A DNA stretch of 64,000 nt from Eledone cirrhosa (Eukaryota), in contig OZ024740.1 in the NCBI GenBank assembly GCA_964016885.1, positions 149,482,001 through 149,546,000 of the forward strand. Reading direction: 5' to 3'. The position numbers and the translations under genes are program-made. Shown here piece by piece: positions 36,092 to 49,931 of this stretch (positions are counted from its first letter, which is position 1; each line of letters begins with the position of its first letter). The notes beneath the pieces are model-generated. The model saw only the letters and a list, made by a program, of their open reading frames with translations. It made no database searches and was not told the DNA's origin.

Positions 36092-39000
36092 ATTAATAAT
36101 AATAATGTTTTCTTTATTAACCACAATGGTTTACATAAAGTAGACATTAAGGACAGTACAGGACAATACAGGACGGTACAATTGGGCATTTCTGCGTGTA
36201 AAAAACAAAAACAGAGGATGTAACAAAAAAATAACAATGAAAAATTCCCCAATAGGGGGGAGACTTCCGAGAGACATTTGTGGAGAAAGCCCATTAAAAG
36301 GCCACAGTGACCCTGACCACCAGGGCAAGTGCCCTCTCCCAGTTTTCCACCTTTAATTTACGGACACATACTCAGAGTAGGCCCATTCACACGGGCCATA
36401 CTTGCTTCTCTCACCCATCTTTCAACAAAATGCTGGGAAGAGAGCACTTCCCTCTCTACCCTGATTTTCCTTTTCAAATGAAATTTGAAAAAGTTAATCA
36501 GGGCATCACCGAAGAGGTAAGGGCTCGTCTTCAGCCCTTTCAAACGTATCCACCATACTATCTCTTTCGCCATGGCCACCAGACAGATAAAAAATGCCTG
36601 CCCTTCCCGGCTAAAGGAGGAGGGCGGGGAAATCCTCACGATGGACTCAGCTGATAGCTGGATCCGTCCTACACGTGTTAGCAGGTGTTCGACATAAACC
36701 CACAAGTTAGCAATGCTCGGGCACTGGACGAATGCGTGCAGGACGGTTTCGTCGCCCTGCGCGCATCTCGGACATGCCCGGCTGACGGCACCTCCATGCC
36801 TGTAGAGTTTATCCCGAACTGGCAAAGCTCCTCGGTAGCACTGCCAGGCCAGGGATTTCTGGAAGTTGTCCATAGGCCCCGGCCCGAAAGTCCTTCCGAA
36901 GACGCCTAGAGTTTCTCCAAGTACGTCGTCGCTCTTCCCCTCCACTAATCCCCTATAGAACGCCAAGGTGGAGTTTCCACCGATCACATTGCCCGATTGG
37001 TCGAGGGCTGTGAGCACCTGAAGACATTCCAGTCTTCAAGCGCTCCCTCTCGGTCTTTGCTTGACCCAGGACTGCAGCTCCGTCAAGGAGACGAGCTGGG
37101 GAAAGACGTGTCTAGCAAACCGCGACCACACCTGATCACCGTCGAGGAAGAGGTGGAGATGTCGTAGCCTGACCACGTGTCTGCGCATCATCAGCCACGG
37201 CATTCCCAGCCCTCTACGTAGCGGGTGTTGACAGTAGATGGACCGCCTGACCATCGGAGCGCGTCCCTTCCACAAAAAGCGAAAGAGCAAACGCTCCAGC
37301 GCAGTCAGGCGGGGATTAGGACAAGGTACGACGGTCAGGCGGTAGTAGATGACCGACGCGATATACGCGTTAACCACCTCCGCTCGACCTTTCAGGGATA
37401 GCTTCCTCTCGGCCCATTTCTGGGTGAGAGAAGCCACCCTGCTCGTTACCTCGTCCCAGTTTTTGTCCGTCTGGAGATCCGGACCGAACCAGACCCCGAG
37501 CAATTTAACCGGTCCGTCCGTCCAGCGCCCGACGACGCTGTTGGACGGCATGGAGCTGCCTCTCTAGGTGCCGAACTGCAGGCCCACTGACTTTTCCTGG
37601 TTGATCATTGCTCCTGTCACCGCTTCGTATTCTCTTAGTGTAGTGCCGATCGCCTCGATGTGTTTGGCGTTCGACACCACTACGGTGACATCGTCCGCAT
37701 ATGCTGACACGGATCTTCCGCATCCGAGTTCGCGCGGGACCCCCTCAACGTCTCCAGTTTGTGCAGTAATGGCTCGAGAGTCAATACGTACATGAGGGAC
37801 GAGAGGAGACATCCTTGGCGGACCGAGCGCATGATGTTGAATGGTTCCGAAAGGTGACCGTTCACTCTCACCACAGAGCAGATGTCGCTGTGCATGGCAG
37901 CGATCCAGCCTCTGAAGACGGGCCCAAAGCCAGCAGCCCTCGGGACTGCCGCTAGGTAACGATGGTCGACCCTATCGAAATCTTTCGACTGATCTAAATT
38001 GATCAAGGACCCACCCGTGCCAGGTTCCCTAGCTACCCTCTCTACGATGTATCGCATGAGGTGGAGGTTGTCGTGGATGGATCTGTCGGGAATGGCGCAT
38101 ATCTGCGCCTCTCCCACCAGACCACCAACGACAAGCGCCAACCTCTTTGCTAGCACCTTGGCCAAAATCTTGAACTCTGTATTTAGCAGAGTTATGAGCC
38201 TAAAATTATCTATGTTATCCCCCTTGTTCGGATCCTTTCTCAGCAGCGCCACAGCTCCTCGGCTCACAGAGCTGGGAATTCTCCCGTTCTGTTGCCAGTT
38301 GCAGTAGACGTCCGCCAAGAGGCCTCCGAACAAGTCTGGCATCTGTACGTAAAGTTCATAGGGCAGACCATCCAAACCAGGCGTTTTACCCCTTGTGCAG
38401 CTAATCATTGCCTCCCGTACTTCAGCGGCTGTTATCGGCTTTTCGCAACACTCCGCCTCAGTGGCCGAGAGCCGCGGCAGTCCGTCGAGGTAGACACTAA
38501 AGTCCATCCCTCGATCCGGCCCGCCGCTGCCCCCGAACAACTGAGCGAAGTGTCACTGAAAAGCTTCACACATTTGCCCGGGATCGAGTAGCATACGCCC
38601 GTCGTGGTCCACCAAAGACCGGATCGTGGCTTTGTTGCCACGACGCGCCTCCGCCACTCGGGCCCATTGAACGGCTTTCGTCCCCTCGTGTCTGAGAACA
38701 CGCACCCTAGCTCTGACAACGCAGCCTTCGTGCTTTGCATTGAAGAATTGGTCAAGGGTCAATTTCGCCGCAAGTACGTCGGTCGCGATTCCTTAGCTAA
38801 GCACCTCGTCTAATTTTCTAACTAATTCTCCCTCTGCTCTATTTTTCTCTATTTCTAAAGCCTTACTAAACCTAATGGACTCTATTCTAATTACTCTTTT
38901 CAGAGCAAACCACCACTTGTTGTTGACGAAGGCCCCCGCCAACGCCCGCTTAACTAGTTCGCTAATCCGGTCTCTGTAGGCCTTGCGCTCTGGTAAGGAC

Positions 39001-41627
39001 GCGTTTAGCTTCCAGTAGCCGGGTCCTCGTCTATGAAGCCTATCTAAGTCAAGCACATAGATCGCGAATTTGTGGTCCGTGTAGCTGACTATCTTGAATT
39101 GTGGACAGCCTATGCTAGACCTATCTATTTCTCTACAAAATACTCTATCTAGATATGATCTGGATGGCCCTATGCGATTTGTCCAAGTCCACATTGGTAC
39201 ATTCGGGAAATCCAATCGGTACCTGTCAGACAGTTCAAAACGCCTGAGCAGGTTGGTGAGGCTCTTGCACCCTCCTCCCCTATCCGCTAATCCCCACATC
39301 GTAGCCGCCGAAGATCAGTGCGAAGGCCCGTGCTTCGGAGATTCTGGTCTCGCTGATGGCCACTACATTTATGTTTAGTGACCTGAGGTCGTTGAGCAGG
39401 TGACCCTGCATCCATGACGACCCCAAGCCACGCGCATTTATGCTGCCTATTCTGAGTGAGGTCATGTTGATATGGAGTGGAAAAGATGGGAAAGACCACT
39501 TACCTTACTTCTCGTAGAGGAAGGATGGTTTGTCCATCCTTTTCACTGCTTGTGGCCTCCTCCGGAAGGATGTCCTCATAAATCCTCCTGGAGAGTGTTT
39601 GTCGGAAGTCTCCGATGTCTTTGGGAAATTTTTGTTTTAGCGTCGTGTACGTTTTCTGTGTGATGCGAGTGATTTGTATGTGTGGAGGTGGTGTGAACTT
39701 TTGGGTTGTTGTGTAGTCTTTTTCTGTGATGCTGGTGTTGTGTTGCATGTACTGTAATAATTGGTTGTTGTTCAAATTTAATGCTGTGTAGTGTGTATCG
39801 TTTTGGTTGTTTTGTTTTGTTTGAGTTTGTTGTGGGTTTGTTTCTGTTGCGCTTTTTGGTGACTTTTGTGGTGTTGGTGATGGTGGTGTTGGGGTTAATG
39901 ATGGTGATGGTGTTGGTGTTTGTGGTGATGGGGTTGGTGATGCTGGTGTGGATGGTGGCATATCTGTCCTAACTCTTTTGTTTGATAATTTATTTGTTTC
40001 CCTCTGTATTTTGTTTTGGGAGGGGGAAGGAAGATAATTTTTTCTTTTTTGGTTTCTTTTTTCCTGATACCGTTTCCCACTTCTCGTCGTCACAATCTGT
40101 CTCCAGTTGCGATAAGCCGGGGAGTGGAAAATCCTCCTCAGGCGTTGGTTTTGGTTGTGGCGTGGTGGATGGTGGTGGTGTTGGTGCTAGTTCTGGCGCG
40201 TTGGGTGGTGGTGGTGTTGGTTTTGCTACTGTTGCTGGGGTTGTTGCTGTTACAGTTGCTTCTGTTGTTGCTGCTACAGTTGTGGCTGCCATTTCTGCTG
40301 CTGGTGGTGTTGATGGTTGAGTCACTGGGGTGGGTAAGAGAGGTGGCCTCAACCTTTTAGCCTGAGGGCAGAAAGCCCTTAGGTGGGTTCCTTCACCACA
40401 AACGACACACCTAGGCCTTCTGCCCTAGACGATTAGGGTGAGGTGGCTGCCGTCAGTGAGGTCTATTACCTCTGGGATCTCCTCAATGCTTTTATGGTCC
40501 GCTTGGATCAGGAGCTCCATCCAAGATCCGGACCAGTTCTCCTGCTTTTCTTTCGCTATTTCAATTATCTTGGTGTTGGCCTCGATACCGGCGAGGACGG
40601 CAGCCATTAGCCAGGGAATTTGGATGGCCGGTGGAAAGTGGGTCACCTTGATCTTCACAAGTCTCTGGCCACAATAGCTTGGGATGAGTGTGAAGTCGTC
40701 ACTTCTTAATGGGGCCATGGAGTGTTCTCTGGCCTCCTGTGGTGTTTCAAAGAACACGTCCACGGTTCCATATTTCTGCCCACGTCTGATGTGGGGTTTT
40801 TTGCCCACATATGTCCCAAAGCTTTTTGGATTTGGGACTCGGATGCCCGTTCCACTCGGCGCGATTTTATGTTAATTGTCCGATAAGACACGGTGCATAG
40901 GCGACGATTCTCCATTTTATTAGGTGGGGGGGGGCTGACCCTGTACCCATCTTTCTTTACCATTCCTTTGGTTTCTTATAATTCCTCCTGAGTTACCTGG
41001 ATCGTTTCGCACGTTTTTGCTACTCTGGCAAAACTCAGGGTAGTTTTCTTAATTCCATTGTTGCTGATGTTGTTATCGTTATTTTTGTTATTGTTAATTT
41101 TAGTTTCAGTTGTGGTGGTGGTGGCGTCAGTGGTGTTCGGTGTGGAAGAGTTCATTTTGGTTGAATTCATTTCGATATCACGAGTTAATTTATTTTTTCT
41201 TTTGTTTCTGTTGTCGCTGTGGTGGTGGTAGGGGTGGCGGCTTTAACACCGGCAGTCATTGGTAATGGCGGGAAATGAACGTCTGCGTGAGACAAATTTA
41301 AAATATTGCTACTGCTTATATTTCCAGTGTTGGCAAACGTAGCAATATTTACAATGGCGGTGTCGGTGTGAGGTGTTAGATTGTGAGGAAGGAGTGACTC
41401 TGAGTCATCCATAATTTTTCAAAGAAAAATTTTTGTTTGATAATTATAAAAAGTTTAAATTTTGGGCTCAAGGCCCCAATATTTTTGAGTGTCCTTTTCA
41501 GAAATCAATGTATGTGCACTTATATACAGTTAACAATAAAAATTTTCCATAAATGGCAATTTTAAACAACTGAAAATAACAAACCTTTGCGGAGCTCACG
41601 ATGATACGATTTACTACGTAGGTCGCC
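36092..41627 (-). mobile_element. Full-length Tx1/L1-clade LINE (ORF1 + ORF2), frameshifted
   Basis: ORF1 ~41412-39500 has a CCHC knuckle (CVVCGEGTHLRAFC) and Pro/Thr-rich linker. ORF2 39465-36358 has APE (SINARG, ISETR, YLDRVF, TDH), RT (GKTPGLDG, DFDRV, RQGC, YADD) and C-terminal CPRC..ETVLHAFVQC. AATAAA plus (ATT)n tail; (AAT)5 on both flanks. Confidence 0.93.
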
Positions 41628-42379
41628 AATAATAATAATAATTGTTTCTACTTTAGGCACAAGGCCAGCAATTACGCTGTGCATTACTGGTACTTTATTT
41701 TATCGACCCCGTAAGGATGAAAGGCAAAGTCAACCTCGGCAATAATAATAATAATAATAACAATAATATATATATATATATATATATGGTGGCTCCCAAC
41801 TCGTTTTCGAGTACGGCCACTACTTTATATCCATGTAGGAGAACCCCTACCGCTGCACTGAACGAGTGTGACTTTTTAGTCCAGCCAGCAACTTGAAAAC
41901 TCTGGTACAAACACCACACCCGTGACAATTATTGACATATAGTGCTGGGCCCATGGTACCATGTGACGACAAGTGCAGAGAGATCTCCAGATATAAAGCA
42001 ATGCCTGTGCTGTGAAGCTTTTATAGTGAGCAAAGGCACTGCACAAAGCCAGTCCCACTCTCTTAACCAAGATGATATTTACCAAAAAGAAGAACAAGTC
42101 AACATCATTGGATACCATCAGGGTTGCAGGTATTATATCAGAGTTTTCCTTCTCCTAGAATTCTGCCTTGACAAAGGCTAAGGGGTCATCTCTCCCAGTG
42201 ATTTTGGATGGCTATTGACTCTTAAGAGCTCCCTTGCCCTTTGACAGGTTTTGTTTTTAGTCCTGCAGGATGTCCAAAGTCACCCTCCTCACCAAGAAAC
42301 CTTGGTGGGGTTGCCAGTTTAGTCGCCAACGACCATACATACATACATACACACAAGTATAAGTAAAAATGATAAAAGA

Positions 42380-42672
42380 TGCATCAAGTCGCTTCGGCCA
42401 CGAATCCCGGTTCCGCGGCCCGCCCCGCAGAAAAACGGAAAATATACAAATACTGGGCACTGTCTAAGCTTCCCCTTCGCACCGGTTGCCGTCGAGACCT
42501 CAAGCGTACTTAGACCCCATACAGTAGAGCTCCTCCGCAAGATCGGAACGTCGACAGCCCGTCTGAGGAGGGAGCCCCGCGAGGTGGGGTGGCTGTTGCA
42601 GCAGGTGTCGCTGGCCATTGTCTGCAGGAATGCTCTTGTGGTCTTATCCGTGGAGTGTAGCCCGTCGATGTA
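42380..42672 (+). mobile_element. CRE-type 3' fragment
   Basis: PGSAAR..., VAVETSSVL..., EVGWLLQQVSLAIV; homologous to 24050-24330. Confidence 0.75.
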
Positions 42673-43284
42673 ATTTTCATATCGATATTATTTGGGCATC
42701 CACTGATGAGATTATAAGAGCCCGCTTGTGTATAAGACTATGGATTATATACAAGTTTCTACATAACCTGGACATTATTTATCCCAAATTGTAGAAATCT
42801 TATAACGAAGCGATCGTCTGGAATAAGAAAAGAGATATTTATTTAATAATGTCTCATATAAAATAATACAACCAGCTATCCACGAAATACTGATTAGTTA
42901 GCTCCCCAAACACTAAATTGGGAGAATACTTAGGTATACCCTAATGTTTGTTGAGTGAGATGGAGTTGGTCAGAGTATCGCTTAAGGCTTTCTCTGTTAA
43001 TGTATTAAATATATATATATATATATATTTGAGTATGTGTTGGTTGTTTACCAACCATGTTATTTACCAACGTGATTCCAGTTCCTCGGAGGACTAACAA
43101 CACACCCAGGAGCTGGACATATCAATGAATTGACAGAGTGGAACACATTTCAACACCATGTTTACCTGTTTTTTCTACATTAATTCGTACTGCCTTATGA
43201 GGTCACAGCCAATAATAGCTGTCACTGAAATATATATAGCAGAGAATTTATAAACGAAGCCAACTTTAACATGTTTGACTTACT

Positions 43285-43325
<41 letters not shown>

Positions 43326-43353
43326 GTGTGTGTGTATACGTATATATATATAC

Positions 43354-43403
<50 letters not shown>

Positions 43404-43416
43404 ATATATATACAAA

Positions 43417-44960
43417 CCGTCCTGCACGCAGCCGTCGAGCGTCCGAGTATTGCTGACCTGTGAGTTTATGTCAAGCACCTGCTGTCGCGTGTAAGGACGA
43501 ATCCGACTATCAACTAAGTCCATTGTGAAAATCACCCTGCCGTTCTCCTTTAAAGGGGAAGAACGGGGAGTTTTTATCTGCCTAGTGACCATGGCAAAAG
43601 AAGTCGAGGGTTGGACGCGTTTGAAAGGGTTGAAGACAGCCATTTTTCTCTTCAGCGATACCCTGATTAACTTTTTTCAGGTTTCACTTGAAGAGGAAAA
43701 TCAGGATAGATAGGGATCTGTTGCCTTCCAGCCAGTTTATTGAAAGGTGGGTGAGAGTGGCGAGCATGGGCCGCATGAATGGGCCTGCCTTGAGCATACG
43801 CCTGTAGATTGGATTAGAAAAACTGGGAGAGGACACTTTGCCCTAGTGAACAGTGTGACCGTGTCTTGTGTAGGATTTCTACTCGAGTGACCCAGACATT
43901 TGGAGAAGTTGTTATGTTTGTTTTAAATGTTTATTTTCTTAGTCTCTGTTATAAATTTTATTTTACACAAAGAAAAACCCACACTGTATCGTCCTGTACC
44001 GTCTTTACTGTTTCCTTAATTTGAGCCCTGTTCTATAGAGGGTTAGTGGTGGAAAAGAGCGACGACGTCCTTGGTAAGACTTTGGGCGTCGATGAAAATG
44101 AACTAACCACTCTCTTCGGGAGAACTTTCGGGCCAGGGCCCATGGACATCTTCCAGAAATGAGTGTCATGGTAGTGCTACCGGGGAGCTTTGCCAGTTCG
44201 GGATAACCTCTACAGGCAGGAAAGTGCCGACAGCCGCACCTGTCTGAGATGCGCGCAGGGCGAGGAAACTGTCCTGCACGCACTCGTCCAGTGTCCGAGC
44301 ATTGCTGACTTGTGGGCTTATGTCGAACACCTACTGTCGCGTGTAGGACGGATCCAACTATCAGCTAAGTCTATCGTGAGGATTGCCCCGCTGCCTTCCT
44401 TTAGCCGGGAAGGGCAGGCAGTTTTTATCTGCTTGGTGGCCATGGTAAAAGGGGTCGTATGGTGGACACGTCTGAAAGGGTTGAAGACGGGAACTTTCCT
44501 CTTCAGTGACGCCCTCATTAACTTTTTTAGTTTCACCTGCAAAGGAACATCAGGGTGGAGAGGGAAGTGCTGCCTTCCAGCCAGTTTGTTAAAAGGTGGG
44601 TGAGAGAGGCAAGAATGGCCAGTGTGAATGGGCCTACCCTGAACGTGTGCCTGTAGCATCGTAGGAGGAAAACTGGAAGAGGGCACTTGCCCTAGCGGTC
44701 AGAGTAACCGTGGCTTTTTTGTGGGCTTTCTCCACGAATCACCCTCGGAAGTCTCCCCCCTATTGGGGAATTTTTCTTTGTTTCTTTTTTTGTTACATCC
44801 TCTGTTTTTGTTTTTTTTTTACACGCAGAAATGCCCTTTTGTACCGTCCTGTATTGTCCTGTACTGTCCTTAATATCTACTTTGTGTAAACCCTTGTGGT
44901 TAATAAAGAAAGCATTATTATTATAATTATTATTAGTTGTATTATTATTAGTAGTAGTAG
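43417..44960 (+). mobile_element. Two tandem Tx1 3' fragments (~43417-44015 and ~44020-44960)
   Basis: ORF 44190-44603 is homologous to 36358-36850. The second fragment has the same 3' UTR, AATAAA and (ATT)n tail as the full-length copy. Confidence 0.88.
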
Positions 44961-45373
44961 TCGAGAAGTTTACAGTATCTATGACAGATTTGCATTTTGT
45001 CCCAGTCGAGAAACAAGATATAAGGAATTTCATTTCATATTTCTCTTTTTTATTATCATCTATTGTGACAAAACCGTAGCAGAAAAAATAGATACTTGCG
45101 GAAATTTGATCTTTTTAAAATTATTTTGATTGCATCGATAGTATTTCATACCATACAAACGTCAAATTGATATTTAATAGGTGAAATTCATATCTAAATT
45201 TTCGAAATAGCCTATTTATATATTTAAAAATTTTTTTTTCTTTTTTTTATATTCACATTCCTGTAATCAACTAATAACATATCTCAAAATGTATATAAAC
45301 CATTTCGAAAGCATTTAATGATTTATCCGGCACTGTGAAGTGCCCATAGACCAGTCCGTAATAACTATAAGTG

Positions 45374-45894
45374 CGAGGGGGCTTCAAAAAGTTCGTGGAA
45401 AAAGAACAGTTGTAACAAAACAGTTTAAGTTATGTCTATTTTTCAACGTATGCTCCATCTAGGTCAATACACTTCTGCAAGATTTGATACCAGCCTTTAA
45501 GTCCATCTGTGTAAAATTGAAGGCCATGCGATTTAAACCATGTCAAAGCAGCTTCTTTTACATCTTCAACAAAGGATCATCTTCAACCTCATCTCTTCCA
45601 CTTCTAAAACGATTTATCCATATGTAAGTTGTTGATTTCTTTGGGGCAATGTCCCCATAAACTTACTCCAGAGCGTCAATGATTTGGCTACTCTTCCCCC
45701 CTAGCTTCACCATGAATTTGTTGTTTTGATGGAGGCCTTCTTGCTCGAGCGGGTGCTAAATTCTCTCTGGCGGTGCCGCGTTGCAATATGCATTTAAGAG
45801 CTCATGCTAGAACATGGTATGAAAACGTAGATGTGCATTCAGATTAAATTCCCTGCATATGATTCTTAGCCATGAACTTTTTGAAGCCCCCTCG
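45374..45894 (-). mobile_element. Internally deleted mariner element
   Basis: TIRs CGAGGGGGCTTCAAAAAGTTC ... GAACTTTTTGAAGCCCCCTCG|TA; minus-strand transposase C-terminus QKCIDLDGAYVEK*. Confidence 0.85.
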
Positions 45895-48350
45895 TATGAG
45901 CAGCAGTGCACTATTAAATTTGTTTCGCTAGTTTAAGCTGTTAATTCAACTCAGCTGGTGGGTTCAATAGAGAGAGAGAGAGACTTTGTGCATCACACAT
46001 CGTGCATGCTATCTCACTTTCTAAATTGAAACTGAGTTTTATGGTTCCTTACTAAGATGTTTTCTACTAACTATTAACAATTTTCCTACCCGTCTCCGCT
46101 CAACTAAGATGACAACTGCATATTATTTTCGTTTTGCCTTGAACATCACACAAAATGTACACAACAAAACTTCTTCCAAACTTTCTTGTTACTTTTAGCA
46201 TGTATTAACTCTACATATATACCGTTGCCAAACGTGAAGACCTTTATCATCACGTCAATTCAACAATCAATTTCTCTTAAACAATACACTCCACTACAGA
46301 AATAGTTTTTGGCCTCACCAATCACCTATTTTTCTTTCTAGAATATATTAAAACGTGGGAACTGAACTCATTTACAAAAAGGTGGTCTCTTTTACTCTGC
46401 CATCTACTGACCTATGACCCTCACTTCCAACATCTTTAGACGATGGAAACATTCGTAAAAAACCCCACCTGATTTATCCTCTTAAACCCTGACCACCAAT
46501 GCAATTTCAGCAGAGTCATGTTGCTTTCTTCCAACAGGATCTCACTACTGAGAACTTCGGATAAGACAATATTGATGCCTTTAACATTAATACAGTCTTT
46601 GATTATGTCTGAAATTAAAGCTTTCTATGTTAGTAAGCTTCTTACGGATTCGTCCATTTCTCATTTTTGGGATCATAAGTTGCCTGTCAGTCTGCTGCAT
46701 TGCAGGATTATTGACAGGACTCATGTTGTATCTAATCTTATGCAACACGATGTGCGATTAGATCACCCATACTCCACCTTCTTTATATCAATTACTTTCT
46801 GGCTATACTTACAACCAGAAACGTAATCTTTGACACACTAATGTCATCCACTCACCTTTCAATAAATTTAATTGTTTCTACATTTGGCACAAGGCCAGCA
46901 ATTATTCCAGTGTATTACTGGTACTTTATTTTATCGACCCCATAAGGATGAAAGGCAAAGTTAACCTCGGCGGGATTTGAACTCAGACCATAAAGGGCCG
47001 TAACTCTTTGCTGCAAAGCATAGCGTCAGACCCTCTACCGATACTGCCAATCCACCTTTCAATAAATTTAATGAAGTAAGAAAATACAACCTTTTGGGTA
47101 ACACGTTGTCATAGCTATGCAGCTATACAAAATTATACTTTTATTATTTTATTTATTTTATTAGCACAATAGTGTCGCCAACAATTGGATCTTTGGGCTG
47201 CTCGTCTCCTTTCATCGAGATAACATTTCTTTATCTGCAGTCAGACTTTGTAATTTGTTTATTGTTTTCTAGAGAAACATAGAAGATATAACAATGGACC
47301 AGCGTTAACAATCTCAACTAACAAAATAGCTGTATGTAATGAAAACATCCAGTTTCTTGTAAAATAACAATGAAAATACAATGTTTGGTACGAGAGACTC
47401 TTAGAAATCCATCAGATAGAAACCATTTTCCAATACCACAGATATACAGAAATAACTTTTTATCTTTGGTTTTCGTGTCATTGAAAAGTTGAGGGCTACA
47501 TATATCCCTGGATAGGACACTGATTTCTCACAATCTGCATTTTGCTTTACCAATAAGGCATCATAATTCGTGAACTAGTCTCGTCAATTCTACAACATTG
47601 ATGCTGTTTACAGCACTGAATTTAAATATCTGCAGCTAGGTAAACTCAGCCTACTGTGCTAGAGATAATGTTAGTACCAATGACTTTTCGGTCGAATACT
47701 TTGTCTTGGGTAGCCACCCTGTCTTCAGATATAGTCGAATATTATATTTAGTTTAAAAACTTATTTTCAAACGAAAAGAATAGTATATGAGACTTATCAC
47801 AAGATAGGTTTTTGTGATGAAAAATAGAATGAACATTGGATGATATTTATAGCTGGTAATTTTGGGGTTTTTGACTGCTATTAAGATCTAATGAGTCTAG
47901 ATTGCCAGATCATTATACACTTTATATGAAGCAATGATAAGCAATCAAAGAGATTATCGTCTCTGTATTTGATTAATCTGCAAAATATTTATGACTATGA
48001 CAAAATAACTTTTTCTCGCCAAATTGGATTCAAGTCAGATTTGAGACATGGTAGACGTTTAAAAGATCTTTTGATATGTTTGAGTTTGTTAACAAATGTT
48101 TCCTCCAATGTTAATGTGGCTAGAATTGTCAATAACATTCACAAAGCAATACAAAAATTTGGAAAGATCTCACGAAGTTAGTTAATAAATTTATCAATTC
48201 TAAACTTTCTGATGTACTATATTTCTATTGCACAATCTTAATCGTTCACGTTTTTATCCCACTTTCAGACATTACGAATTTGGCCATGTTAAGCAAATTA
48301 AAGATATTCCAATCTTGGCTAACTCGTCTATTTGTATGTAGAGAACTACA

Positions 48351-49753
48351 TTATTCAGTTTTCAACCCCCTTGAACTTCCTTCCTGTCCTTGAGTCTCTC
48401 CAATCACCAATTTATAATAATTCAAATATATTTTTAATTCATTCATTCAACATTAACCTCTTGACTACGTATGTCAGAAAGGGTTATGGACCCCGTCTGT
48501 CTTAGTAAATATATAAAAAAATCTGTCAATGGCTAATAATGTAAATAAAGATTTTTATTCGATGATATCGACAATACACAACAGTGACTATGGAAGGGTG
48601 GGAAACACCAAAATCTCTAAATTAGGTACATGGCTAATAATTTTAGGAAGGGAAAATCGATTAAAACGAGCCCAATACTTGACGGGTAATTAAGTTTCTC
48701 AACCCCGGAAAGATGAAAGGCAAAATTTATATACAAGGGAATTGAAAAGAAAATGGCCGGAATTAAATGCCGCAAATCATTTTATCCGACGTTCTATTTT
48801 CTATTTATAATAAAGTTTCTATTTATTCTTTCTAACATTGGCCATTCTTTCCATATTCTTTCTAATATTTTGTGGAATGGGAAAGTAGATTATATCGACC
48901 CCAGTACTTAACTAGTAATATAGCGTATTTGAATTCAAAGTGTAATGGGCCTGAACTAAAAGCCACGAAGTATTTTATCTGACGCTCTCTCTCTCGTAAA
49001 TACTTATCTACTTACAAATATAAAGCCTCGGAAGATAGGTTCCTAGTTTAGAATGTCAGAGATGTTAAGAAATACTAGCATAATGTTACCATAACAAAAA
49101 TTGTACAAATTACATAACATAATACTTATAATGGTTTCTCCGTTGTGAAGAAGTGGGAAGTCGCTTACATCGAAGCCAGTATGTTACTGGAACTTGATTT
49201 TATCAACCCCGGAAGGGTAAAAGGAAAAGTTGACCATGACGGATTTGAACTCAGAATGTTAAGAGTTGGAATAAATATCGTATAACGTTTTATCCAATAC
49301 TCTACCAATTCTGCCAAACCTCCAGTGTCGACCTTATCCATACAATGGTAAATACATTAGATTGGGAAGGTCGATGACCTGTAGTTTAAAAGACCAATAT
49401 ACGACAGCCGTCTAGGGAATGGAATATATTAAAATATTGCTCTTCATTTGGTCATTCTCTCCCCCTCTCTTCCCTCTCTCTTTTCCCCCTCTTCCCCCCC
49501 CCTCTCTACCTACCTATCAATCAATCTATCTATTAGTTTATCAGTCTGTCTGTCTTTCTGCCTATATTTCCGTCCGTCTGTCTGTCTGTCTTTCTGCCTA
49601 TATTTTCGTCCGTCTGTCTGTCCATCTGACTGTCTGTCTGTCTATCTATCTACCTATCTATCTATATCTCTACCTACCAACCAACCTACCCACCTACTTA
49701 CCTACCTACTTAACTACCTATCTACCTACCCACCTTCCTATCAATTGTCTGTT

Positions 49754-49784
<31 letters not shown>

Positions 49785-49844
49785 CTCTACCTACCTACCT
49801 GTCGGTCTGTTTGTAGGTCTCTCTGTCTGTCTGTCTCTCTAACT

Positions 49845-49931
<87 letters not shown>

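Noticed and set aside
48269-48333. Possible plus-strand exon (ttttatcccactttcag ... gtatgt) as a claudin downstream exon
   Set aside because: No frame gives a transmembrane or claudin-like peptide, and it is on the opposite strand to the claudin exons.
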